Shown: in pieces, positions 42,870 to 52,100 of the stretch | Layout: each line of letters opens with the position of its first letter | How positions within the stretch are numbered: the stretch's first letter is position 1 | Source of the DNA: Polyangiales bacterium | GTDB lineage: Bacteria > Myxococcota_A > Polyangia > Polyangiales > Polyangiaceae | Length of the DNA stretch: 64,000 nt | Direction of reading: 5' to 3' | Assembly (NCBI GenBank): GCA_038231275.1 | Contig: JBBRLQ010000011.1 | Location: 1-64,000 of the forward strand | Position numbers and translations under genes: made by a program | Notes under the pieces: model-generated | What the model saw: only the letters and a program-made list of their open reading frames with translations | Databases searched by the model: none | Told to the model about the DNA's origin: nothing

Positions 42870-44435
42870 CTACTTCATCAGCTCCTGCTCGACGAGCTGG
42901 ATCTCCGCGGCCGAGAGATCGCGGAAGCGCGCGGGCGGCATGTGATCGCAGTCGGTTGCCGGGAGCTTGATGCGCCGAATCGCCTCGCCCTTCTCCTGCG
43001 GGCTCATCGCGGTCGCGAGCGTCTGCACGTTGAAGCGCGCGCGCGTCGTCGTCTGATCGAGCTGCGTGTTGTGGCACTGCTGGCACATTTGCGTGAGCAG
43101 CCCCTTGCCGTCGAGGCCCGGCGCGGCGTGGAACGTCATGTCGCTCATCGCCGCGTCGAGGAACGTGTCGCGGATGTCCGGCAGCTGCGACGCGGGTAGC
43201 GTGCCCTTCACGAACGCCTGGTACGCGTTCGTCGCGTACGCGAGCTTCTGCGGATCGGTCGTCTTGAAGTCGTGGTACGGCACCGGGATCACCTGCGCCG
43301 CCTCGCTCTTGGCATACTGCGTGCGCCACGTCGCGCTGACGCCGGGCGGCACGTTGGTCATCGGCTGATAGGAGCTCGACGCAATGACCTCGTTCATGAC
43401 CGTCTTGGTTTGGAGCTCGTTCGGCTGCGCGATGAAGCCGTTGTTCTCCACGAACGCCTCGAGCACCGGCGGTGCGGCCTGATCGAGCAGGTTCGCCGGG
43501 ATGCCCGCGTACGCCTCGGCGTTGCCGTGCGCCGCGTGGAAGTCGTTCCGTAGGTACAGGTTGCCCTGCGGCTCGTTGAAGATGAAGTGGATCCACGGAA
43601 ACTGGAGCTCCTGCATCCGGAGCAGCTTCGGCGTGCCGGGGCCCGCGGGTTGGTGGCACTGCAGGCAGTCGACGACGGTGTCCTTGATGTCGACGTCTTG
43701 GTAGAGCGTGTAGCTCGCGAAGTTGGACTCGACGGCGGGCGTGAGGAGATCGCCAGGCGTGCAGCCGTTGGGAGAGGCATCGCACGCGAGCGTGTAGCGG
43801 AAGAGAAAGAAGTTGATGTCGCCTTTCACCGGATCTTTGCTCACGAGCTCGACCTCGCGCTCGACGCGCGCAAATCCCATCGCGACGTAGTTGGCGTTCG
43901 GTTTGAACGGTGCCGCCTGGCGCCCGCGGCCGTTGGGCGCGGTGAAGACGAGCGCGCGCGGGTTCAAGACGGTCGTGTGGCGCGTCACGAGCGACGTCGA
44001 GTGACTCGTCATCGCGAAGCCCGGGTTCCCGTTGGTTCCGTTGGTGGTGACGCCCGGCTTGAAGTCGAGGCCCAGGAGCTTCTGGAGCTCGACGACGCTC
44101 GTGATCGCTGGCGGCGCGCTGCCGGCGCAGAACGCCTTGGAGACGAGATCGCCGTTGCCGCGCGCGCACAGCGCTTGCCACTGCGCGGTGCCCGTTGGCA
44201 GGTACCTGAGCTCGTCGGTCGTGCACGCCGTCGGGACGGGCGGAGGAGGGGGCGCGGTCCACGCATCGGCACCTGCGCCCGCATCGGCTGAGGGATCGGG
44301 AGCGCCGGGGTCGGCCGCGGGCGGGGGAGTCGCGCCGTTCGGTCCGCCGCCGATCACGTTGGTGGAGTCGGCTCCGCCGCACGCGTTCACGACGAACGCG
44401 GCGAGCACGAGGCCTAGCGCGGTGCGAACGACCAT
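42870..44435 (-). CDS. Diheme c-type cytochrome lipoprotein
   Basis: VNAC lipobox; CLQCH (43653-43667), CQQCH (43071-43085); C-terminal HMPP...LS..E; alternative start at 44462. Confidence 0.8.
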   Translation of the reverse strand: MVVRTALGLVLAAFVVNACGGADSTNVIGGGPNGATPPPAADPGAPDPSADAGAGADAWTAPPPPPVPTACTTDELRYLPTGTAQWQALCARGNGDLVSKAFCAGSAPPAITSVVELQKLLGLDFKPGVTTNGTNGNPGFAMTSHSTSLVTRHTTVLNPRALVFTAPNGRGRQAAPFKPNANYVAMGFARVEREVELVSKDPVKGDINFFLFRYTLACDASPNGCTPGDLLTPAVESNFASYTLYQDVDIKDTVVDCLQCHQPAGPGTPKLLRMQELQFPWIHFIFNEPQGNLYLRNDFHAAHGNAEAYAGIPANLLDQAAPPVLEAFVENNGFIAQPNELQTKTVMNEVIASSSYQPMTNVPPGVSATWRTQYAKSEAAQVIPVPYHDFKTTDPQKLAYATNAYQAFVKGTLPASQLPDIRDTFLDAAMSDMTFHAAPGLDGKGLLTQMCQQCHNTQLDQTTTRARFNVQTLATAMSPQEKGEAIRRIKLPATDCDHMPPARFRDLSAAEIQLVEQELMK

Positions 44436-44474
44436 CGTCGGGCTTCCGTGGAGTGCGAGCATGGCGACGTCTTG

Positions 44475-44490
44475 AGCAAGCGCCGGGCCG
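44475..44490 (-). promoter_or_regulatory. sigma54 promoter of the cytochrome gene
   Basis: CGGCCCGGCGCTTGCT on the minus strand. Confidence 0.65.
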
Positions 44491-44529
44491 ACGCGAAATC
44501 CGCGTAAAAATCCGTTTCGAAGCAACGTC

Positions 44530-44588
44530 GCGAACGATTCGTTCGCCGCCTGCGAACGGTTCGTTCGTCCCGCGAACGGCGAGTTCGC
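44530..44588. promoter_or_regulatory. Triple palindrome GCGAAC-N5-GTTCG(C/T)
   Basis: Copies at 44530-44546, 44552-44568 and 44572-44588. Confidence 0.8.
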
Positions 44589-44645
44589 GGACGGCGCCTG
44601 GCGTTCGCCACTTGCGACGGCACGTGAGATGCTGAGGAGGTGAGG

Positions 44646-45485
44646 ATGGCCTGGCGCACCCACCTCGTCGTGGTCACGATCGTCGCCGCCCTCGTCATGG
44701 CGATCGGCTGCGGCGTGAGCAACCTCGACCTCGACGGCAAGCAGTGCGACGGGAACGGCAGCTGCGCGTCGGGCTACGTGTGCGATCCGAACACCAACAC
44801 GTGCAACCGCCCCGCGTGCATCCCGCGGACGTGCGAGGCCGCCGGCAACCCGTGCAGCCGCGTCGACGACGGCTGCGGCGGGTTCCTCGACGGGTGCTCG
44901 TCGTGCGTCGATCCGTTCCGCTGCGTCGACGCGAAGTGCCGGTGCGTCTCGCAAACGTGCCAAGAGCGCGGCGCAGCGTGCGGCGTCCTCCCCAAGCAGT
45001 GCGCCGATCCGAACGACAGCTTCTGCGGCGATTGTCCGGGCGGCCAGACGTGCGGCGCCGGCGGTGACCACAGATGCGGCGCGGGCACATGCGTTCCGCG
45101 AACGTGCAAACCGAGCGACTGCGGCGACGTGTCCGACGGCTGCAACGGCGTCCTTCACTGCGCGACCTCTTGCGCGCTTCCGCAGACCTGCGGCGGTGGC
45201 GGCGCGACCGGCACCTGCGGGTGCGCGCCGAAGACATGCCCGCAAAAAGGGTGGGCGTGCGGCACCGGCGGCGACGAGTGCGGCGGAACACTTACGTGCA
45301 CGGGGACGTGCACTGGCGCGCAGACCTGCTTCAACCACGCGTGCTGCACGCCGCGGACGTGCCAGACCGGCGGACCGCACTGCGGCGCGGGTTATCCCGA
45401 CCTGTGCGGCGGCACGCTCACGTGCGGCGGCTGCGACACGAACAAGAAGTGCAACATCGACACGCACCTCTGCGTTCCGCTGTGA
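44646..45485 (+). CDS. Cys-rich repeat lipoprotein
   Basis: GAGGAGG RBS; AIGC lipobox; repeated C-x-P-x-TC...DGCGG units. Confidence 0.82.
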   Translation: MAWRTHLVVVTIVAALVMAIGCGVSNLDLDGKQCDGNGSCASGYVCDPNTNTCNRPACIPRTCEAAGNPCSRVDDGCGGFLDGCSSCVDPFRCVDAKCRCVSQTCQERGAACGVLPKQCADPNDSFCGDCPGGQTCGAGGDHRCGAGTCVPRTCKPSDCGDVSDGCNGVLHCATSCALPQTCGGGGATGTCGCAPKTCPQKGWACGTGGDECGGTLTCTGTCTGAQTCFNHACCTPRTCQTGGPHCGAGYPDLCGGTLTCGGCDTNKKCNIDTHLCVPL

Positions 45486-45491
45486 CTCTCC

Positions 45492-46211
45492 TCAGAAGGC
45501 GCCGGAGATTCGAAGGCCGCCTACCGTCGGCGTGACCTCGACGCGGGGGATCGGGCCCGAGGCGCGGAGATCGAGGATGCCCCACACGACGCCCGCGGCT
45601 GCGAGGGCGCCGCCGGCTACGTACGCGACGGTCGCGACGGTCGCGTCGGTCTTCGCGACGTCTTGGTCGTGCGTGGCGGTCGTCTGCACCGGCTCCTTCA
45701 CGCCGTCCGCGTGCTTGCCGTTCGACAAGAGGGTGAACGCGATGCCGGTGCCGACGCCCGCGACGCCGAAGCCCGCGACGATCCAAGGCGCAGCGCTCGG
45801 CTTCTTCTCCGGAGGCTTTCGCTCCGCCGCGCGTCGCTTCTCGGCCTCGCGCTCGGCGATCTGCCGGCGCAGCGTGGCGATGCGCTGCTGGATGGCCCCC
45901 TTGTCCTTCGCGTCCGGCTGCACTGCGAGGAAGTCTTCGTACGCCTTGGCCGCGCTCGCGAGATCTCCGAGGCCTTCGTACGCGCGCGCGAGATTGTAGA
46001 GGAGGACCGGCTCTTTTTGCAGGACGTACGCCTCCCGCAAGAGACGCGCGGCCTCCGCGAACTGCCCCTTCTGGTAGGCCACCTCACTGCGGTCGAAGAG
46101 GTCGAGCGCGCGCTGCTGCTCAGCGGTCTCCGCGAACGCGACGGTCGGCGCAAAAACCACGACCAGCGCCAAAAAGAGCCGGATCGCGAGCGGGACGAGG
46201 CACCGAGGCAT
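45492..46211 (-). CDS. Secreted TPR protein with Phe-terminated hairpin
   Basis: Signal peptide; LLYNLARAYE TPR; two hydrophobic helices; ends VEVTPTVGGLRISGAF. Confidence 0.85.
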   Translation of the reverse strand: MPRCLVPLAIRLFLALVVVFAPTVAFAETAEQQRALDLFDRSEVAYQKGQFAEAARLLREAYVLQKEPVLLYNLARAYEGLGDLASAAKAYEDFLAVQPDAKDKGAIQQRIATLRRQIAEREAEKRRAAERKPPEKKPSAAPWIVAGFGVAGVGTGIAFTLLSNGKHADGVKEPVQTTATHDQDVAKTDATVATVAYVAGGALAAAGVVWGILDLRASGPIPRVEVTPTVGGLRISGAF

Positions 46212-46269
46212 CCGTTCGATCTAGCCCCACGGGGCAGCTCCCGTCCATTCGTGCGATACTTTCTTTGCG

Positions 46270-47754
46270 GTGAGCCTCCCTACCACCATCGGTCGGTACG
46301 AGATCCTCGGCGAGCTCGCGACGGGTGGCATGGCCGAGATCCTGCTCGGCCGCGTGACGGGGCAAGGGGGCTTCGAGCGGCCAGTCGTCATCAAGCGCAT
46401 CCTCCCGCACCTGGCGCGTCAGAAGGAGTTCGTCGAGATGTTCCTCGACGAGGCGCGCATCGTCGCGCAGATCCGTCACCCCAACGTCGTCCACGTGCAG
46501 GAGCTCGGTCAGGAGGCGGGGGAGCTCTACCTCGTCATGGAGTACCTCGAAGGGGAGAGCGTCGCGGGCCTCGTAAAGCGCCTCCTCTTGAAGCAGCGCG
46601 CGGTGCCGCCGTCGCTCGCCGCGTTCGTGATTGCCGAGGCGTGCGCGGGTCTCCACGCCGCCCACGAGCTCGAGGACGCCGACGGCGCGCCGCAGCGGCT
46701 CGTGCACCGCGACGTGTCGCCGCAGAACGTATTTTTGACGTACCAGGGGCAAGTGAAGGTCATCGACTTCGGCGTCGCGAAGGCGACCGATCGCATCGCG
46801 CGCACCGAGGCGGGGCAGATCAAGGGAAAGTACGAGTACATGGCCCCCGAGCAGTGCCTCGGCGGCGCCGTGGATCGGAGGAGCGACGTCTTCGCGCTCG
46901 GCGTCCTCTTGTACGAGCTCGGGACGATGCGGCGCCTCTTCAAGCGCTTCAACCAGATGCTTGCGCTGAAGGCGATCTGCGAGGAGCCGGTCGTTCCTCC
47001 ATCGCGGGCGGCGCCCTCCTTTCCCCCGCGCCTCGAGGCGATCTGCCTCCGCGCGCTCGCCAAGAATCCCAACGATCGCTTCGCGTCGGCCGCCGACATG
47101 CGCCGCGAGCTGCTCGCATTCCTTCGCGAAGCCAGCCCAAGGGAGCACGCGCCGGAGCCTAGCGAAGAGCTCGCGGCGGTGATGAACGACGTCTTCGCCG
47201 ATCGCATCGAGGAGAAGCGCGAGCTGCTCCGAAAGATGGGCTCGGGCTCGGCGGTCACGCACGTCCCCGCGGGAGAAGCCGACACCGAGGTCGACGTTCC
47301 CGGCGTCGATGCGGGCGCAGGCCTCACCACGGGGACGGGCTCGTCCCTCGACACGCCCGCCGGCATTCCGCGCCGCCGCACCACCTCCTTCGCGCTCGTC
47401 CTCGCGTCCCTGGTCCTGGTGGGCGCCGCGGCGTTCGTCCTCGTGCGGGTGAGATCGCACCCTCCTCCGCCGTCCGCCGCGGCGATCGCGACTCCGACTC
47501 CGACTCCGACTCCGACTCCGACTCCGACTCCGACTCCGACTCCGACTCCGACTCCGACTCCGACTCCGACTCCGACATCGACCGCCACATCGACCGCGGC
47601 GACGACCACGACCGCGACCGATCCCAGGGGCGTTCGCCGTCCCCGGGGTCCCAGGCCTCCTCCCCCGGCCGCGTCCTCCATCGCCGTGACGCCGCCTCCG
47701 CCTCCGCCGGACCCCGCGCCGGCCTCGAGCAAGGGGTTTCACCGCTTCGAATAG
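46270..47754 (+). CDS. Bitopic Ser/Thr kinase with (TP)14 stalk
   Basis: GGMAE, VIK, HRDVSPQN, DFG, GKYEYMAPE; TM; ends KGFHRFE. Confidence 0.94.
   Translation: MSLPTTIGRYEILGELATGGMAEILLGRVTGQGGFERPVVIKRILPHLARQKEFVEMFLDEARIVAQIRHPNVVHVQELGQEAGELYLVMEYLEGESVAGLVKRLLLKQRAVPPSLAAFVIAEACAGLHAAHELEDADGAPQRLVHRDVSPQNVFLTYQGQVKVIDFGVAKATDRIARTEAGQIKGKYEYMAPEQCLGGAVDRRSDVFALGVLLYELGTMRRLFKRFNQMLALKAICEEPVVPPSRAAPSFPPRLEAICLRALAKNPNDRFASAADMRRELLAFLREASPREHAPEPSEELAAVMNDVFADRIEEKRELLRKMGSGSAVTHVPAGEADTEVDVPGVDAGAGLTTGTGSSLDTPAGIPRRRTTSFALVLASLVLVGAAAFVLVRVRSHPPPPSAAAIATPTPTPTPTPTPTPTPTPTPTPTPTPTPTSTATSTAATTTTATDPRGVRRPRGPRPPPPAASSIAVTPPPPPPDPAPASSKGFHRFE
47491..47574 (+). repeat. Perfect (ACTCCG)14 microsatellite
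   Basis: Read directly. Confidence 0.95.
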
Positions 47755-47770
47755 GTGTACCATCGCCCTC

Positions 47771-49140
<1,370 letters not shown>

Positions 49141-49141
<1 letters not shown>

Positions 49142-49169
49142 GTGGAGCGAAGCGCAGCGGAGCGGAACG
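49141..49169. repeat. Dispersed repeat AGTGGAGCGAAGCGCAGCGGAGCGGAACG
   Basis: Matches 20757-20784. Confidence 0.75.
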
Positions 49170-49180
49170 GTCCTGAGGGA

Positions 49181-49211
49181 AAGGGCTGAGCGGCTTTTCC
49201 GGTCAGCCCTT
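49181..49211 (+). terminator. Hairpin, possible terminator
   Basis: AAGGGCTGA-g-CGG-ctttt-CCG-g-TCAGCCCTT; weak U tract. Confidence 0.5.
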
Positions 49212-49219
49212 GAGGGCGG

Positions 49220-49261
49220 CGCAACGCGCGGCGGGTTGCATGCAACCTTCCCTGCGTTGAA
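49220..49261. promoter_or_regulatory. Tandem enhancer-like palindromes TGCAAC-N9-GTTGCA
   Basis: CGCAAC-gcgcggcgg-GTTGCA TGCAAC-cttccctgc-GTTGAA. Confidence 0.75.
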
Positions 49262-49332
49262 CAGGCGCGCGGCCAGTGCGTCGGCCCGTCGCATTTCGAG
49301 GGAGACGACGGCAACCTCCGCGCGAGCCCGCG

Positions 49333-49348
49333 TGGAACGACGATTGCT
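49333..49348 (+). promoter_or_regulatory. sigma54 promoter
   Basis: TGGAACGACGATTGCT. Confidence 0.8.
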
Positions 49349-49361
49349 CTTGAGGGCGTGC

Positions 49362-50168
49362 ATGCGAATCCGTTCCCGTCTCGTTGCCTCCGCGTGCAGC
49401 GTCGTTCTCCTCGCAGCGTCTCCCGCGGGCGCGCAATCGCCGTCGGATGCGCCAAGCGATCGAGAGGGGACGCCCGACGCGCGGGGGTCCTCGCCGATCG
49501 TCGCGTACACCTACGCCGCCGCGGGCGCCGCAGGTCATACGATGGGCGCCCAGACGTACGGTCTCGCGCTCGGCGGCCGCGGCGCGGGGCGCGGCGCGAT
49601 GCTCGGCGGCGGCGTCACGATCTGGGGCGCGCCCGTCGACCGGCTTACGCTCGTCGGCGACGCGTCCCGCGATGGGTTCGGGCAGTTCGCCCCGTCGGCC
49701 ACCGCGATCGTTCGTGTGCTCGGGCGCGCGGACGACGGCTTTTCCCTAGGGCTCCTCGGAAAGTTCAAGGTCGACGGCTTCGCCGTCGGTCCGAACGGCG
49801 AGATGGAGAGCGAGATCGAGTCCGGCCTCCTCCTCTCCTACGCGCGCACGGGGTGGCATGCCGATCTCAACGCGATCGGCGGGGTCGGCACGGGCGACGA
49901 TGGAGAGGTGGACGCCGAGGGACGGCTGCGTCTAGGGAGGGACCTGGGCGACCTCGCCCGCGTCGGCGTTGACGGGCAGATGCGCTATCGCCTCCACGGG
50001 GACACGCCGCTTCTGGGGGGACGCACATGGGACTTCGCCGGAGGGCCGCAGCTGCTCGTCGGGCGGCGCCCCTTCTATGCCGCGCTCACCGGCGGGCCTG
50101 CGACGATGGGTATCGCTCGCGGCGTGGGTTGGTCCGGCGTCATCACCGTAGGCGGCACGATCTTTTAG
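49362..50168 (+). CDS. Putative outer-membrane beta-barrel protein
   Basis: Signal peptide (AGA-Q); Gly-rich alternating beta strands; ends WSGVITVGGTIF. Confidence 0.7.
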   Translation: MRIRSRLVASACSVVLLAASPAGAQSPSDAPSDREGTPDARGSSPIVAYTYAAAGAAGHTMGAQTYGLALGGRGAGRGAMLGGGVTIWGAPVDRLTLVGDASRDGFGQFAPSATAIVRVLGRADDGFSLGLLGKFKVDGFAVGPNGEMESEIESGLLLSYARTGWHADLNAIGGVGTGDDGEVDAEGRLRLGRDLGDLARVGVDGQMRYRLHGDTPLLGGRTWDFAGGPQLLVGRRPFYAALTGGPATMGIARGVGWSGVITVGGTIF

Positions 50169-50215
50169 CGCGCCGTTCAGCTCGCCCGCGCACTCGCACC
50201 AGAAAAGGAAGCGTC

Positions 50216-52069
50216 ATGACTACAGGGAAGAACACGAGCTCGCTCCATCGAACGGGCTTGGCGACGATGGCCTGCGTACCGCTCCTCTTTCTGTTCTTGA
50301 GCGGCGACGTTCACGAGGCCATCGCCGCGTGCAAGGAGGGATCGACCTCGCCCTGCATCGTCGGCGGAAGGAAGGGCACTGCCGAGTGCATCGGCGGCCG
50401 GATGCTGTGCGAGCCCGACAACCCGCCGCCGACGACGCCGCCGGGCGTGGTCGTCCCGCCGGGGCCGGGAAAATTCGATCTGCTCGCTCCGTCGGAGGAC
50501 GACAACGGCCTCCCGCTCAACCCGCGCTGGCGGTTCCAGGAGCAGTACCCGAACCTGCTGCCGCTCCTGACGTTCGACGCACCCCAGCGTTGCGGCAGCG
50601 AGGCGTGGAAGTCGCCGTGCACGGCGTACCCTACGACCGACGACAACTGGAGCTCCGCGAAGAGCAGCGTCCTCGGCCCCCTCTCCTCGGCCTTCGGCGT
50701 TACTGGCTGCTTGTCCGGGCACCACAACTGGATGCCGGTCACGTACACCGGGCAGCTCTACTGGGAGAGCCACTCCGAGCCGGGGACCGACGACGACTAC
50801 AACTTCCGCCTCGTCCCGCCGCCCGCCGGGAACACCGGGATGTTCATCGTCGGCGCCGGCGTCACCGGCGAGAGCTACACCATCTTCCCGACGACCGGCG
50901 AGATCCGAAAGTCGGACGGGAGCGACGAGATCTCGCCCATCGACGGGACCCGGCTCCCCATCACCGCGGGCGCGTACAGCCTCGGGGTGGAGTTCGATTC
51001 GGACGAGACCATCGACCACTTCACGACGCCCTGGTGGGTCTCCTTCCACGACGCCGTCGATGCCGTCTCCAAGGCCAAGGGGGCCATCACCAACTGCGTC
51101 GTCCTCGGCGGAACCGGCTGCACGCAGAGCGCGCTCGTTGCCCTCTTCGAGGTCCTTCGACAGAAACAGTGGGCGGTCTACAACATGGTCGCCGGAAAGC
51201 ATACGATCGTGTCCGGCCTCTACGGCCTCGACTGCGCGCACGGGTGTTTTCCAGAGATTCATCCGGTCTTCGCGATGGCGATCCGCGTGAAGGACGATCC
51301 GACCGACGAAGTGTGGGAGATCTTCGCGCGCCGCTCGGGGGACGAGGGGTTCTGCAGCGAGAAGGAGTACGCGATCGGCGGGCTCCCGAATGACGCCTAC
51401 GCGCTCCGCCTGCCGACGCGCGGCACGGGCGTGCAAGTCACCCGCGAACAGTGGGGGACCAAGTCGGGATCCATCTCTGTCAGCTATCCGCCGATCGAGG
51501 CGCGTCATGGAAAGATCGTCGCGTTCAACACCGCCAGCCTCGACGACGTGATCCACGGTGAGCTCCATCTGGCCTGGACGGGCCCTGTGATTCACCCGCT
51601 GCCAGGCGGAATCGTGACGCCGCCCCTCACGCGAGGCGCGGCGCCGCGCCCGCCGATCCCGACGGGGCCGCCGCCTTCCATCGGCCCGGGCGTCGCGCCA
51701 GCCTCGCCGACCCCAAGCAACGAGGAGGGCCTCGAGCAGATCGTCTCGAGGATGACGGATCCGCAGCGACAGATCTTTCTCGGCAAGATGCCGGCGAAGG
51801 CGGCCTTCAAGCACACGACGCCGCCGAGGGCGCTGACGTCGTCACTCGTGAAGCCGGTCCGTCCGCCGCCCGTGCCGCTCCGTCCCAGCGTAAAGGTTTC
51901 GTCGAACCCCGGGCAGCAGGCCAAGGACCAGCAGCTCATCGACGCGCTCCGCGCCGTCTTCGGGCCGAACCTCGATCAGAACCTGCCGCCGCGCCGGGCC
52001 CCGAGGCCGCCGCACTGCCACACGAACCCCAGGACGGGAGTCGTCGTCTGCACCGACGGTGGGCCGTGA
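50216..52069 (+). CDS. Secreted hypothetical protein (possible OB-fold-like core, DCAH..PEIHP motif)
   Basis: AAGGAAG RBS; signal-like N-terminus; GHHNW, DDDY, EFD..ET, GLDCAH...EIHPV. Confidence 0.75.
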   Translation: MTTGKNTSSLHRTGLATMACVPLLFLFLSGDVHEAIAACKEGSTSPCIVGGRKGTAECIGGRMLCEPDNPPPTTPPGVVVPPGPGKFDLLAPSEDDNGLPLNPRWRFQEQYPNLLPLLTFDAPQRCGSEAWKSPCTAYPTTDDNWSSAKSSVLGPLSSAFGVTGCLSGHHNWMPVTYTGQLYWESHSEPGTDDDYNFRLVPPPAGNTGMFIVGAGVTGESYTIFPTTGEIRKSDGSDEISPIDGTRLPITAGAYSLGVEFDSDETIDHFTTPWWVSFHDAVDAVSKAKGAITNCVVLGGTGCTQSALVALFEVLRQKQWAVYNMVAGKHTIVSGLYGLDCAHGCFPEIHPVFAMAIRVKDDPTDEVWEIFARRSGDEGFCSEKEYAIGGLPNDAYALRLPTRGTGVQVTREQWGTKSGSISVSYPPIEARHGKIVAFNTASLDDVIHGELHLAWTGPVIHPLPGGIVTPPLTRGAAPRPPIPTGPPPSIGPGVAPASPTPSNEEGLEQIVSRMTDPQRQIFLGKMPAKAAFKHTTPPRALTSSLVKPVRPPPVPLRPSVKVSSNPGQQAKDQQLIDALRAVFGPNLDQNLPPRRAPRPPHCHTNPRTGVVVCTDGGP

Positions 52070-52100
52070 TCCCGTTGCTGACGTGGTATCAAAGGAGGGA

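Noticed and set aside
44530..44588. Gram-positive LexA box (CGAAC-N4-GTTCG)
   Set aside because: The spacer is N5 and the flanking genes are not SOS genes.
42041..45485. Cys-rich small proteins as RiPP precursors or multiheme cytochromes
   Set aside because: They have lipoboxes and disulfide-type repeats without CxxCH, and no modifying enzymes are nearby.
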